This document shows positions 1 through 8,873 of a DNA stretch of 64,000 nucleotides, piece by piece. The number at the start of each line of letters is the position of its first letter. Position 1 is the first letter of the stretch. The notes below the pieces were generated by a model. That model saw only the letters and a program-made list of their open reading frames with translations. It was not told the DNA's origin and did not search any database. The DNA is from an uncultured Eubacteriales bacterium (GTDB taxonomy: Bacteria > Bacillota > Clostridia > Christensenellales > CAG-917). The DNA is taken from positions 8,304-72,303 of the forward strand of contig ONYW01000006.1 in assembly GCA_900322215.1 (NCBI GenBank), read 5' to 3'. The translations under genes and the position numbers were made by a program.

Positions 1-596
1 GGCATAGAGTTTTGTTTCATCGTGAGGAAGAATCTATCCCACAAATATTCTCCTTTGCGCTTGAACGGCGTGACCGTCACGCAACTCTCGTGCCCCGGCA
101 AAATGTCCATTTGGAAGTTCGCCTCTATCATTTTGCCTTGGTAAGGACCTTTGAATTCTACCGTGCGGGAGTTTTCAAACGTCTCCTCTTTGAAATAAAA
201 CTCTCCCTTTGTATATTCAAACTTGTTAGGTTTTTCACCGTTTGCAGGAAGGACGTATTTGTTCTTTCCGCCGAGGAAGAGCGACATTGCGGAGATGAGT
301 TTTTGCTCTTTGCCCGAGACGTCCACGAGGACTGCCTGAGCATATCCGCCGATAGAGATGTTTGCAAATGAGATTTGCACCATATATTTGCCGTTGCAAA
401 TTTGATAGAAATCCCACTCTTTGCCACGCCATTGCGGATGCGCTACCGTTCTGTCATATTCAAACACATTGTGCCTTGCCCAACCGCCCTGCACGAGCAG
501 TTTGCCTGTCTCGTCAAGGAGTTTTGTCGGCGCGGTGTATTCAACCTGTTTGCGCTTATAGCCGAGTTCTTTGTATCCGACGTACGTCTTTTCCAT
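1..596 (-). CDS. DUF2804-family protein, N-terminal part (gene runs off the left edge)
   Basis: Absent from the ORF track because there is no stop in the window. Manual minus-strand translation from ATG 596-594 (GGAGGG 4 nt upstream) stays open to base 1: MEKTYVGYKELGYKRKQVEY..HPQWRGKEWDFYQICNGKYMVQISFANISIGG. Same family look as the 12015-13109 product. Confidence 0.7.
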   Translation of the reverse strand, partial: MEKTYVGYKELGYKRKQVEYTAPTKLLDETGKLLVQGGWARHNVFEYDRTVAHPQWRGKEWDFYQICNGKYMVQISFANISIGGYAQAVLVDVSGKEQKLISAMSLFLGGKNKYVLPANGEKPNKFEYTKGEFYFKEETFENSRTVEFKGPYQGKMIEANFQMDILPGHESCVTVTPFKRKGEYLWDRFFLTMKQNSM

Positions 597-755
597 AGTT
601 CCCTCCAAATCACCGTATATAAATATAATACAACGAGTAGACGCCAAAAACAAGACCAAAAATAAAAAACCGCCTTCGCGGTGCATTCAAAAGTTCCGTA
701 GCGAACAAAATCTATACCGGGCGGCGAGTCATAACGGGCTATACCGTTTATTGAA

Positions 756-1691
756 TTATTTCAAAAAATACGAGTTTTTGCGGAAAGTAAGGAAGGTCTT
801 ATGCGTTTCAAACTGGGCGAGGACGACTGCGACGAGGACGAACATACAGCCGAGCACTTCGCGAGCGGTCGGGATTTGATGCAAGAAGATGACTCCGCCG
901 ACGAGACCGACGACCGCCTCCATGCTCATTATGAGCGTGGCGACCGACGACGGTACGCTCTTTTGTCCTGCCGTTTGCATCGTGAATCCGATCGTGCCGG
1001 ACAAGAGACCGAGATAGAGGATCTCCCAAATCGAGTTCTTTATTGCAAGCCCTGTCGGCATGCCAGTTATTGCCATAAAGACAATGCCTACGACCGCCGC
1101 CGAGGCAAACTGAACGAGAGTGAGACGAATAGGATCGCACACCTTGACGTACAAGCCGATGAGCAGGATCTGCATCGAGTACATTCCCGCGCACATAAGC
1201 ACGAGAAGGTCGCCGATAGTGACGCTAAATCTGCCCGTTATGCACATAAAGTAGAACCCGAGCACGGCGATGAGAATTGCGGGAATCGAAAACACGGGCG
1301 GCTTTTGCCTTGCCGCTATACCGATGATAGGCACGAAGACGATGTACATAGCGGTGATAAAACTCGTCTTTCCGACGCTCGTAAACTCAATGCCCAATTG
1401 CTGACAAAGCATGGCAAAGTATAGCGCGATACCGCACACAATACCGCCGATTATCGTCTGAAAATTCCAAGGGATAGCGTGATAGTGGAAACGCTTGTTG
1501 CAAATGCCGTATATTATCGCAACGACTGCCAAACCCGCAAAGGAAAAAGAAAAACGAAGTCCGCAAAATGCAAACGCCGAGAGCGTGTCCGTCACGTTGC
1601 TTTGAGCAACGAAAGCAAAGCCCCAAATGAGCGCGCAAAGCGAAAGAAGCGCGACTCCGATTATTTTGTTTTTGTGTGAGACTATTGCCAT
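756..1691 (-). CDS. EamA/DMT-superfamily permease
   Basis: 311-aa polytopic ORF. N-terminus MAIVSHKNKIIGVALLSLCALIWGFAFVAQ and two-halves hydrophobic layout are typical of EamA transporters. Confidence 0.8.
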   Translation of the reverse strand: MAIVSHKNKIIGVALLSLCALIWGFAFVAQSNVTDTLSAFAFCGLRFSFSFAGLAVVAIIYGICNKRFHYHAIPWNFQTIIGGIVCGIALYFAMLCQQLGIEFTSVGKTSFITAMYIVFVPIIGIAARQKPPVFSIPAILIAVLGFYFMCITGRFSVTIGDLLVLMCAGMYSMQILLIGLYVKVCDPIRLTLVQFASAAVVGIVFMAITGMPTGLAIKNSIWEILYLGLLSGTIGFTMQTAGQKSVPSSVATLIMSMEAVVGLVGGVIFLHQIPTAREVLGCMFVLVAVVLAQFETHKTFLTFRKNSYFLK

Positions 1692-1939
1692 TTTTTGCTC
1701 CTAAAACACTCGTTTATACTAACAGTTTAAACATTTTCCCACGCTTTTGTGAATTTGTCAAGGAAGTTTTGCGGGCGAATTTATGCATTTATGCATAGAA
1801 ATTTGCATAAAATTTTGCGTTTTGTTTAAACATAAAAAATGCAAAAAAATTCGGCAAAAATCTTGCATAATTTTTCAAAAAAATTTTTTATAAATATTTT
1901 GAACAAGTATAGTATTTATATAAACACCTCAAAATTATG

Positions 1940-1968
1940 CAAACAAAAAGCACAACCCGAGGTTGTGC
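1940..1968 (-). terminator. Rho-independent terminator ending the decarboxylase operon transcript
   Basis: Minus strand reads GCACAACC-tcg-GGTTGTGC followed by TTTTTGTTTG. Confidence 0.7.
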
Positions 1969-2004
1969 TTGAAGATTTGTTTTTGAAACCGTATTCGTCA
2001 CGAC

Positions 2005-2250
2005 TTCATATCAAATGCGGTACACTACAGTTTGATAGCGCAATGAGACAATAACAAACGGGTCTAAGACCCTATGCTTGATAAAGTCGCACAGCAATAA
2101 CAAACGGGTCGAAGACCCTCTGCCTTGTAGAGATGCGCGGCAATAACAAACGGAGCAACGTCCTACAGTTTGATAGAGCCGCACAGCAATATCAAACGGG
2201 TCGAACTCCAAACAGCTTGATTGTGCTATACAGTAATATCAAAAAGACGA
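2005..2250. repeat. 46-bp tandem repeat (5-6 units), each unit carrying a small hairpin
   Basis: Unit starts 2049, 2095, 2141, 2187 and 2233, plus a degenerate unit near 2005. Core CAATA(A/T)CAAACGGGTC-NAA-GACCC. Lies between the oadB stop (2255) and the terminator at 1940-1968. Confidence 0.85.
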
Positions 2251-2254
2251 AGTC

Positions 2255-3463
2255 TTAGGAGAAGACGGCGAGGAGGAAACCTGCCGCAACTGCCGAGCCG
2301 ATAACGCCTGCGACGTTCGGTCCCATGGCGTGCATGAGGAGGTAGTTGCCCTGGTTGTATTTGAGTCCGACGGTGTTGGAGACGCGCGCAGCCATAGGGA
2401 CTGCCGAGACGCCTGCGGAGCCGATGAGCGGATTGATCTTGCCTTTGGACAGGACGTACAGGAGTTTTCCGATGAGAAGTCCCGAGACGGTTGCGAGGAC
2501 AAATCCCGCAAGACCGAGGACGACGATGACGAGCGTCTTTGTCGTGAGGAAGGTGCTTGCGACAGCCGTTGCGCCGACGGAGATTCCGAGGAAGAGCGTG
2601 ACTATGTTCATAAGCGCGTTTTGCGCCGTGTCCGAAAGACGCTCGGTCACACCGCATTCTTTGAGCAGGTTGCCGAACATAAGGCTTCCGAGGAGCGGAG
2701 CGACGCTCGGCAACAGCAAACAAACGATTGTCGTGACGAGGATCGGGAAGATAATCTTCTCTTTTTGGGAGACCTTGCGCGTCGTTTGCATGACGGTCAT
2801 ACGCTCTTTCTTCGTCGTAAGGAGTTTCATAAACGGCGGTTGAAGGAGCGGAATGAGCGCCATATATGAATACGCCGCGACCGCGATAGGCGCGAGGATT
2901 TGCGGAGCGAGTTGCTTTGTGAGGAAGATAGCCGTCGGGCCGTCCGCGCCTGCGATGATAGAGATAGACGCCGCTTCACCGCCCGTATAGAGCCCGCCCA
3001 TGCAAGAGGCGAGAATGAACACGAGGTAGATGCCCATTTGAGCCGCCGCGCCGAGAATCAAAGAACTCGGACGTGAGAGCATAGGACCAAAGTCCGTCAT
3101 CGCGCCGACGCCCATAAAGATAAGGCAAGGATAGACGCCCGTCTTTACGCCGATATAGAGGATGTCGAGGAGTCCGCCGTGTTGCAAGACGTTCAGATAG
3201 TCCACGCCGTTTGCAACCGCGTCCGTACCCGTCCACCAGTCGGGGTGGAAGAGCGCGTCGCTTGCGCCTGCCGGCAAGTTTGTAAGAAGCATACCGAACG
3301 CGATACCCACGAGGAGCAACGGCTCGAACTTCTTTTTTATGCCGAGATACAGGAAGAAGAAAGCGACGACGATCATGATGATAGACTTCCATCCTTCATC
3401 CGCTCCGAAGAGATAGTAGCCGCTACCCTCCCATAGATTTTTCAGAATTTCACCTATATTCAT
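2255..3463 (-). CDS. oadB: Na+-translocating decarboxylase beta subunit (membrane pump subunit)
   Basis: 402-aa polytopic protein. MNIGEILKNLWEGSGYYLF..FFFLYLGIKKKFEPLLLVGIAFGMLLTNLP matches the OadB/GcdB/MmdB family pattern. RBS AAGAGGG. Confidence 0.85.
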   Translation of the reverse strand: MNIGEILKNLWEGSGYYLFGADEGWKSIIMIVVAFFFLYLGIKKKFEPLLLVGIAFGMLLTNLPAGASDALFHPDWWTGTDAVANGVDYLNVLQHGGLLDILYIGVKTGVYPCLIFMGVGAMTDFGPMLSRPSSLILGAAAQMGIYLVFILASCMGGLYTGGEAASISIIAGADGPTAIFLTKQLAPQILAPIAVAAYSYMALIPLLQPPFMKLLTTKKERMTVMQTTRKVSQKEKIIFPILVTTIVCLLLPSVAPLLGSLMFGNLLKECGVTERLSDTAQNALMNIVTLFLGISVGATAVASTFLTTKTLVIVVLGLAGFVLATVSGLLIGKLLYVLSKGKINPLIGSAGVSAVPMAARVSNTVGLKYNQGNYLLMHAMGPNVAGVIGSAVAAGFLLAVFS

Positions 3464-3472
3464 ATCGCCCTC

Positions 3473-3868
3473 TTACAAAACTTCCACAAGCGGAGCGCCC
3501 GTCTGAACGGTCGCGCCCTTTTGCACGAAAACCTGACCTATCTTGCCGTCTTTCGGAGCAACGATTTCGTTTTCCATCTTCATGGCTTCCAAGATGACGA
3601 GCACGTCGCCTTTCTTAACCTGTTGACCGCTCGACACTTTGACCGCGTTGATGTTGCCGGGCATAGGAGCGTTCACGCTGTTTGCCGAACCGCTCGCGGG
3701 AGCCGACGGTGCGGGAGCCGCTTGCGCAGGAGCCGCAGCCGCTTGAGGTGCGGGAGCCGCAGGTTGAGAGGCAGGTACCGCCGCGTCAAACTCGGACTTT
3801 ATCATGGCTTCGCCCTTTTCAACTTCTACTTCATATACTTTACCGTTTAAGGTCACTTTGTAAATCAT
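3473..3868 (-). CDS. Biotin carboxyl-carrier subunit of the decarboxylase
   Basis: 131 aa. Ala/Pro-rich linker followed by biotinyl-lysine motif EAMKMENE. ATGA start/stop overlap with the upstream gene. Confidence 0.85.
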   Translation of the reverse strand: MIYKVTLNGKVYEVEVEKGEAMIKSEFDAAVPASQPAAPAPQAAAAPAQAAPAPSAPASGSANSVNAPMPGNINAVKVSSGQQVKKGDVLVILEAMKMENEIVAPKDGKIGQVFVQKGATVQTGAPLVEVL

Positions 3869-4293
3869 TTTTCTTCCTCCACTTTCTTGATGGATACAAA
3901 TCTAAGTTCGTTCAGCGGCGTGCCGGTCTCGTCCGCCACGATTGCCATAATCATTGCCGCGTCGCGCTCGGAGACGTTCACGAGTTTAAGTTCGCCGCAA
4001 GTGCCGTTTGCAAGTTCCTTATCCGCGGATTCCGCGATTTCAGGCTTTTGTTCCCGTTTTTTCCAAAACATCATTTTTGCCTTGGCGCTATGCAGTTTTT
4101 CGCCCCACTCGGGGTGCTTTTCTTTGAGTTGTTCCGAACCGTCGAAAATCTTGCCCATAAGCCAAATAACGAGCATAAGCACGATGAGCACGACAAAGAC
4201 GACCGCTATGCCAATTACTGCAAGGAGCAGCGCGTCAAGCGGATTCATCGGTTCGTCTTTATTCAAAACACTTGACAAAATCATACCGTTCAT
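3865..4293 (-). CDS. OadG-like small membrane subunit (gamma/delta type)
   Basis: Single N-terminal TM helix LLLAVIGIAVVFVVLIVLMLVIWLMGKIF. Position between the alpha and carrier subunits is typical for this family. Confidence 0.65.
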   Translation of the reverse strand: MNGMILSSVLNKDEPMNPLDALLLAVIGIAVVFVVLIVLMLVIWLMGKIFDGSEQLKEKHPEWGEKLHSAKAKMMFWKKREQKPEIAESADKELANGTCGELKLVNVSERDAAMIMAIVADETGTPLNELRFVSIKKVEEEK

Positions 4294-4301
4294 AACTCAC
4301 C

Positions 4302-5693
4302 TTATTTTTCGACAGGAGCGATCGTGTACTTCACGATCTTCTCTTCCTTTTCCTTTCTTGCGGCGAAATACTTTTCCGTCACTTGCGGGAAGAGGATGTA
4401 GGAGAGGACGTCTTCGTCGCTTCTCGCGACGCCTGCGAGTTCCGCCTTCGTCTTTTCGAAGACAGGCTCTAAGGTGTCCGCGTATCTGCCCTCTATCGGC
4501 TTTTCGTCGCCGAGAGCCTTTTTCATAACGTCAGGGTTTATAGGTGCGGGAGACTTGCCGTACTCTCCGCGGCAGTATGCCTTGACTTCCTTTGAGATGT
4601 TCTTGTATCTCTCGCCTGCGAGCACGTTGTTCGTCGCTTGAACGCCGACCATTTGGCTCATAGGAGTCACGAGCGGCGGGTAGCCGAGATCCTCTCTCAC
4701 CTTCGGAGTTTCGATGAGAACTTCTTCAAATTTGTCCATAGCGTTTTGCGCTTTGAGTTGCGAGACGAGGTTGGAAAGCATTCCGCCCGGAACCTTGTAG
4801 GTGAGCGCGTCCGTGTCCGTCGCCATCATCTTCGGGTTGAGCAAGCCCTCTTTTATGTACTCGTCGCGAATAGGCTTGAAGAAGTCGTTGACCTGTTTCA
4901 AAACCGCGTCGTCGAGTCCCGTCTCATAGCCCATTTGTTTGAGAGCGTAGTTGAGAGTCTCGGTCGCAGGTTGGCTCGTGCCGCCCGAGAAGCAGGAAGT
5001 CGCGGTGTCGATGACGTCCACGCCCGCCTCTATTGCTTTGAGATAGGTGAGATACGCCATGCCCGTCGTGCAGTGTGTATGGAGCACTACGGGAATTTTG
5101 ACTTCCGCTTTTATCGCGGAGATGAGGTCGTATGCCTCTTGCGGAGTCATAACGCCCGCCATATCCTTGACGCATATCGTTGCAACGCCCATATTCTCCA
5201 TCTCTTTCGCCTGTTTTGCAAAGGCTTTCAAGGTGTGTACGGGGCTTTGCGTGTAGGAAAGCGTACCAGATACGGTTGCCCCCGCTTTGAGCGCGGCGTT
5301 CGTCGCCGTCTCCAAATTGCGAAGGTCGTTGAGCGCGTCGAAGATACGAATGATGTCTATGCCGTTTTCAACGGATTTCTCTACGAACATCCTGACGATC
5401 TCGTCGGGATAGTGCTTGTAGCCGAGCAGGTTTTGCCCGCGAAGGAGCATTTGAAGTTTTGTGTTCGGAAGATTCTTGCGAAGGTCGCGGAGTCTTTGCC
5501 ACGGATCTTCGTTCAAAAACCTCAAACATACGTCAAACACAGCGCCTCCCCAGCACTCGACGGAATAGTATCCCGCTTTGTCCATTGTCGGCAAAATGTC
5601 CGCAAATTTTGAATAAGGTAGACGCGTTGCGATAAGTGACTGGTTGGCGTCACGCAACACGGTTTCTGTAAAAAGGACTTTTTTCTTTTCCAT
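4302..5693 (-). CDS. oadA: Oxaloacetate decarboxylase alpha subunit, carboxyltransferase domain only (PycB-like)
   Basis: The track start (5705) is a TTG. ATG 5693 has GGAGG 5 nt upstream (MEKKKVLFTETVLRDANQSL). HMGL-like carboxyltransferase pattern with no fused biotin domain; the carrier is encoded separately. Confidence 0.85.
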   Translation of the reverse strand: MEKKKVLFTETVLRDANQSLIATRLPYSKFADILPTMDKAGYYSVECWGGAVFDVCLRFLNEDPWQRLRDLRKNLPNTKLQMLLRGQNLLGYKHYPDEIVRMFVEKSVENGIDIIRIFDALNDLRNLETATNAALKAGATVSGTLSYTQSPVHTLKAFAKQAKEMENMGVATICVKDMAGVMTPQEAYDLISAIKAEVKIPVVLHTHCTTGMAYLTYLKAIEAGVDVIDTATSCFSGGTSQPATETLNYALKQMGYETGLDDAVLKQVNDFFKPIRDEYIKEGLLNPKMMATDTDALTYKVPGGMLSNLVSQLKAQNAMDKFEEVLIETPKVREDLGYPPLVTPMSQMVGVQATNNVLAGERYKNISKEVKAYCRGEYGKSPAPINPDVMKKALGDEKPIEGRYADTLEPVFEKTKAELAGVARSDEDVLSYILFPQVTEKYFAARKEKEEKIVKYTIAPVEK

Positions 5694-5720
5694 ACAATCC
5701 TCCAAAAATATTTCACGCCC

Positions 5721-5749
5721 ATTATAACAAAAAATGTCCCCTATAACAA
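5721..5749 (-). promoter_or_regulatory. Sigma-70-type promoter of the decarboxylase operon
   Basis: Minus strand: TTGTTA - 17 nt - TATAAT, about 25 nt upstream of the GGAGG RBS. Confidence 0.55.
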
Positions 5750-5830
5750 GCCGATTAGAAAAATTATAAATAATTTTTTATTGACTTTGGCATACAACTT
5801 GGGCATATTGTCATTTTTATGCGGACAAAC

Positions 5831-5862
5831 AAAAAGCGCGCACCTCTCGGCGCACGCTTTTT
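5831..5862. terminator. Bidirectional hairpin terminator
   Basis: A5-GCGCGCACC tctc GGCGCACGC-T5 imperfect stem, just after the stop of the collagen-like gene. Confidence 0.55.
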
Positions 5863-5877
5863 ATAGTGTTTCATGAA

Positions 5878-8658
5878 TTATTTGAGTGTCGGCAGGTCGC
5901 CGTTTGTGACAATCCAAACGTCCTCGCTCCAGCCGAGCGTCGAAAGCACAAATTCGCTCGTCTTCATATCGCTTGCGCTCTTTGCCGTGCAATTTGCGAC
6001 GGTTGAGGAAAGTTGTGTTGAATAATAGCAATTCGTCGCCGTCACACTCCCTGCCGCACAAACGCCGTCTATGCTCGTCGCTATCTCGCCTCCGACGTTC
6101 TCTTCGCACACGCCGAAGCAATTTGCAAGCGTCGCGTCCGTCGCCTTTGCGACGAGTCCGCCGATATTTGCCTCGTCGGAATTGCTGTTAGAATAATTCG
6201 TTTTGTATGCGGCATAGCAGTTTACGACGGAAGAATCGTCAAGTTGTCCGACAAGACCGCCCATATAGATCCCGTTTGTCATAGGGCTACCTACGCTTGC
6301 AATTACGCTTGCCGTGGCAAAACAGTTTTCTATCCGTGCGTTTGCTCCCTCGGATTTGCCCGCGAGACCGCCGATAGACAATGTGTTTGCCGTAGAATTA
6401 GAGCACTTCACCGTCCCTGAAACACTTGAATTTGCAATCTTTCCCGTGTTGTATCCCACAAGTCCGCCTATGCACTCCGACGGGACTACAACGGAAAGAT
6501 TCGTGACTTTGCAGTTCTCTATCACACCGCTGTTGCTCGCCGCTACCGTGCCGACGTTGCCCGCGGCGTTTCTTATCCTTACGTCGTCAAAAATGAGGTT
6601 TTTGATAGTTCCGATGTTTGACAGCACGAACGCTCCGTCCGTAAGGGCGATATTGCGTATCGTGTTGTTGTTTCCGTCCAAAACTCCCGCAAAGGAAGAT
6701 ATCGCCGACAAGTTTTCTCTTTCGGAAAATTCAAGCCCGTTCACAAGCCTGTAATATCCGCTCTTGCCTGCTATCGCAAGCAGTTCTTCCTTTGTGGTGA
6801 TTTCTTCGTATACGATTTGAATCTCGGTATAGACCGCGTTGACCGTGACGTCTTGCGCGGAGAGCGTATACTCTTCCCATGCGCCCGTATATCCGTCCTT
6901 TTGAGGAACTGTCGGCTCTTCGAGCGAGAGTGTGGAAACCGTAAACGGAATCTCCGCAACCGTAACTCCGTCAGCCATAAAAGTGGCGATAAATTGCTGT
7001 TCATCACCGCAATTCGTGCATACGCCGTTCTCATAACTATGCGTGGAAGCGGCAATTTCCTCGCCGACAACCGCACCGCAAATAGAGCATACGTGCGTTC
7101 TCAATCCTTTGCTTTCGCAGGTTGCGTCTCTTAAAACTATCCAATCACCGAACGCGTGCGTGTGCGCGTCGCGTACAATTCCGCAATCAACAGGCGTTTC
7201 GCTGTTTGAGAGCGTAACGTAGAGGTGCCCGTCTTCGCGGATTTCAACACTCACGACGGAAACGCCGTCCTTGCCGTCCGCTCCGTTCGTACCGTTTGTT
7301 CCGTTTACGCCGTCTTTGCCGTCCTTACCGGCGTCGCCTTTGTCGCCTTTGTCACCCTTCTCGCCTTTTATGCTGCCGAGATTGACGTCTTGCTCGCCTA
7401 TCGTCAAAACGAGTTCGCCGTTTTCAAGCCTTGCACCCGTAACGGAGACGCCGTCGGCGCCCGTGTCGCCTTTGGCTCCGACAACGCTACCGACATTTAT
7501 CCTGCTGTCATCGGAGAATACAAGCACGAGTTCGCCCTGTTCGTTTATCGTCGCGCCGACAATAGACACTCCGTCTTCGCCGTCGGCTCCGTTTTGTCCG
7601 TCTTTGCCGTCTACGCCGTCCTTTCCGTTTTGTCCGTCCTTACCCGGCGCGCCGTCCTGTCCCGCGGCACCCGTTTCGCCCTTTGCTCCGTCCTTGCCGT
7701 CCGCACCGTTCGTAATGCTGAAAGTCGTATGCGTACCGTCCGTATAATTTATCGTGTATTCATCGACGAGTCCGTTAGTTCCCGTCTTGGCGATAGAAGC
7801 GATACCGACTCCGTTTTGTCCGTCTTTGCCGTTTTCACCGTTAAGACCGTCCTTACCGTTCGTGCCGTTTTGTCCGTCTTTACCATTTGTTCCGTTCGCG
7901 CCGTCCTTGCCGTCTTTTCCGTTGACGATCGTAAAAGTCGTTGTGGTTTTGTCGGTAAACGTTATCGTGTACGTGTCGACAAGTCCCTGACTATCCGTCT
8001 TTTCAACTTTTTCGATACCGTTGCCGGGCGCACCGTCTGTACCGTCCTTTCCGTTTGTTCCGTCTTTCCCGTCCGTTCCGTTCACGCCGTCCTTACCGTC
8101 TTTGCCATTCACTCCGTCTCTTCCGTTTGTTCCGCTCGCTCCGTCTTTGCCATTGGTGCCGTTAGATATATAGAAAAACGTGGAAGTACCGTTGTCGAAC
8201 GAGATTTGAATCTTCGTCTTGTCCGCGACGTCGGAGGCGACTTCTTCGATATTTCTTATGCCGTTTCCGTCTCTACCCGTAGCCTTGACGCCCGTGTCGG
8301 TATCGCCGATCCGCCAGTTTCCGTTCTCTCCGATAGTCGGTGAATTTCCGTCCTTGCCCGCCGCACCGACGAGAGAGGCAAGCCACTCGGTTTCGCTGCC
8401 GACAAATCCGTGTGCAACCGCTATCTCGTATGCGCTGTCGCCTTTGAGCGCGGAGACAAAATCTTCCTTCGTTCCGACATAGCCGTTCTCCTGCGCAAAG
8501 GCGTAAACCTCGTCTATGTCGATCTCTCCGTTTACCGCCACATTCGCCGCGTTAGAACCCTGTTTTGTAGCGTTTGCGTCGCAAGATACCAAAATCAGGA
8601 CAAAAGAAAAGGCGACCATAATCGCCACTATGAGAATACTCCACTTTTTGTGTTTCAT
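5878..8658 (-). CDS. Large surface lipoprotein with collagen-like Gly-X-Y blocks, a Listeria-Bacteroides-type repeat and C-terminal GLUG-like repeats
   Basis: ATG 8658 is preceded by AAGGAG; the track start is further upstream. Lipobox LILVSC. Four GKDGxNG triplet blocks alternate with LVDxYTIxFTD modules. CxxC-rich segment. FIATFMADGVTVAEIPF.. repeat. IGGLVG/SIGGLAG/MGGLVG/IGGLVA repeats. Confidence 0.8.
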   Translation of the reverse strand: MKHKKWSILIVAIMVAFSFVLILVSCDANATKQGSNAANVAVNGEIDIDEVYAFAQENGYVGTKEDFVSALKGDSAYEIAVAHGFVGSETEWLASLVGAAGKDGNSPTIGENGNWRIGDTDTGVKATGRDGNGIRNIEEVASDVADKTKIQISFDNGTSTFFYISNGTNGKDGASGTNGRDGVNGKDGKDGVNGTDGKDGTNGKDGTDGAPGNGIEKVEKTDSQGLVDTYTITFTDKTTTTFTIVNGKDGKDGANGTNGKDGQNGTNGKDGLNGENGKDGQNGVGIASIAKTGTNGLVDEYTINYTDGTHTTFSITNGADGKDGAKGETGAAGQDGAPGKDGQNGKDGVDGKDGQNGADGEDGVSIVGATINEQGELVLVFSDDSRINVGSVVGAKGDTGADGVSVTGARLENGELVLTIGEQDVNLGSIKGEKGDKGDKGDAGKDGKDGVNGTNGTNGADGKDGVSVVSVEIREDGHLYVTLSNSETPVDCGIVRDAHTHAFGDWIVLRDATCESKGLRTHVCSICGAVVGEEIAASTHSYENGVCTNCGDEQQFIATFMADGVTVAEIPFTVSTLSLEEPTVPQKDGYTGAWEEYTLSAQDVTVNAVYTEIQIVYEEITTKEELLAIAGKSGYYRLVNGLEFSERENLSAISSFAGVLDGNNNTIRNIALTDGAFVLSNIGTIKNLIFDDVRIRNAAGNVGTVAASNSGVIENCKVTNLSVVVPSECIGGLVGYNTGKIANSSVSGTVKCSNSTANTLSIGGLAGKSEGANARIENCFATASVIASVGSPMTNGIYMGGLVGQLDDSSVVNCYAAYKTNYSNSNSDEANIGGLVAKATDATLANCFGVCEENVGGEIATSIDGVCAAGSVTATNCYYSTQLSSTVANCTAKSASDMKTSEFVLSTLGWSEDVWIVTNGDLPTLK
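7260..8170. repeat. Coding triplet repeats (collagen-like GXY tracts) inside the lipoprotein gene
   Basis: Runs of GGN-NNN-NNN codons translating to GKDG(T/V/Q/A)NG. They also produce the long spurious antisense ORFs 7225-8343 and 7271-7747. Confidence 0.85.
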
Positions 8659-8830
8659 GTTCTCTCTCTCCTTATATGTTGAATAAGCACATAATACGGC
8701 ATATTTGCAATTTGGCACAAGCGTTTTCATACCATTTGTCAAAATTTTTCATAATTTGTCGAATTTTGTCGAAAAAAACCTATATTATTAAACAAAATGT
8801 AAGAAAATTTGTAATCGTTTACCGGCAACT

Positions 8831-8858
8831 AAAAAAATCGTCCCGAAATCGGGGCGAC
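8831..8858 (-). terminator. Rho-independent terminator after cstA
   Basis: Minus strand: TCGCCCCGA-ttt-CGGGACGA followed by T7. Confidence 0.6.
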
Positions 8859-8873
8859 TTTGCAAATTATTTA

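Noticed and set aside
1839-2054. 71-aa ORF in the AT-rich region and 66-aa ORF at 2011-2211.
   Set aside because: Lys/Ile/Asn-rich product reflecting AT-rich DNA and repeat units. No RBS. The ORFs overlap the terminator and the 46-bp repeat.
2005-2250. The 46-bp periodic repeat considered as a CRISPR array.
   Set aside because: The variable segments are only about 19 nt, the repeats are degenerate, the period is far shorter than any CRISPR array, the last unit overlaps a coding stop, and no cas genes are present.
5694-5705. Upstream-extended starts given in the ORF track (for example 5705, 8742, 14632, 19708, 20631, 31171, 37302, 38872, 41855, 55388, 55383, 59585, 62377, 46178).
   Set aside because: They are TTG/GTG or unsupported ATG codons that overlap neighbouring genes or promoters. 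Downstream ATG/GTG codons with good Shine-Dalgarno sites (or leaderless promoters) and family-typical N-termini were preferred.
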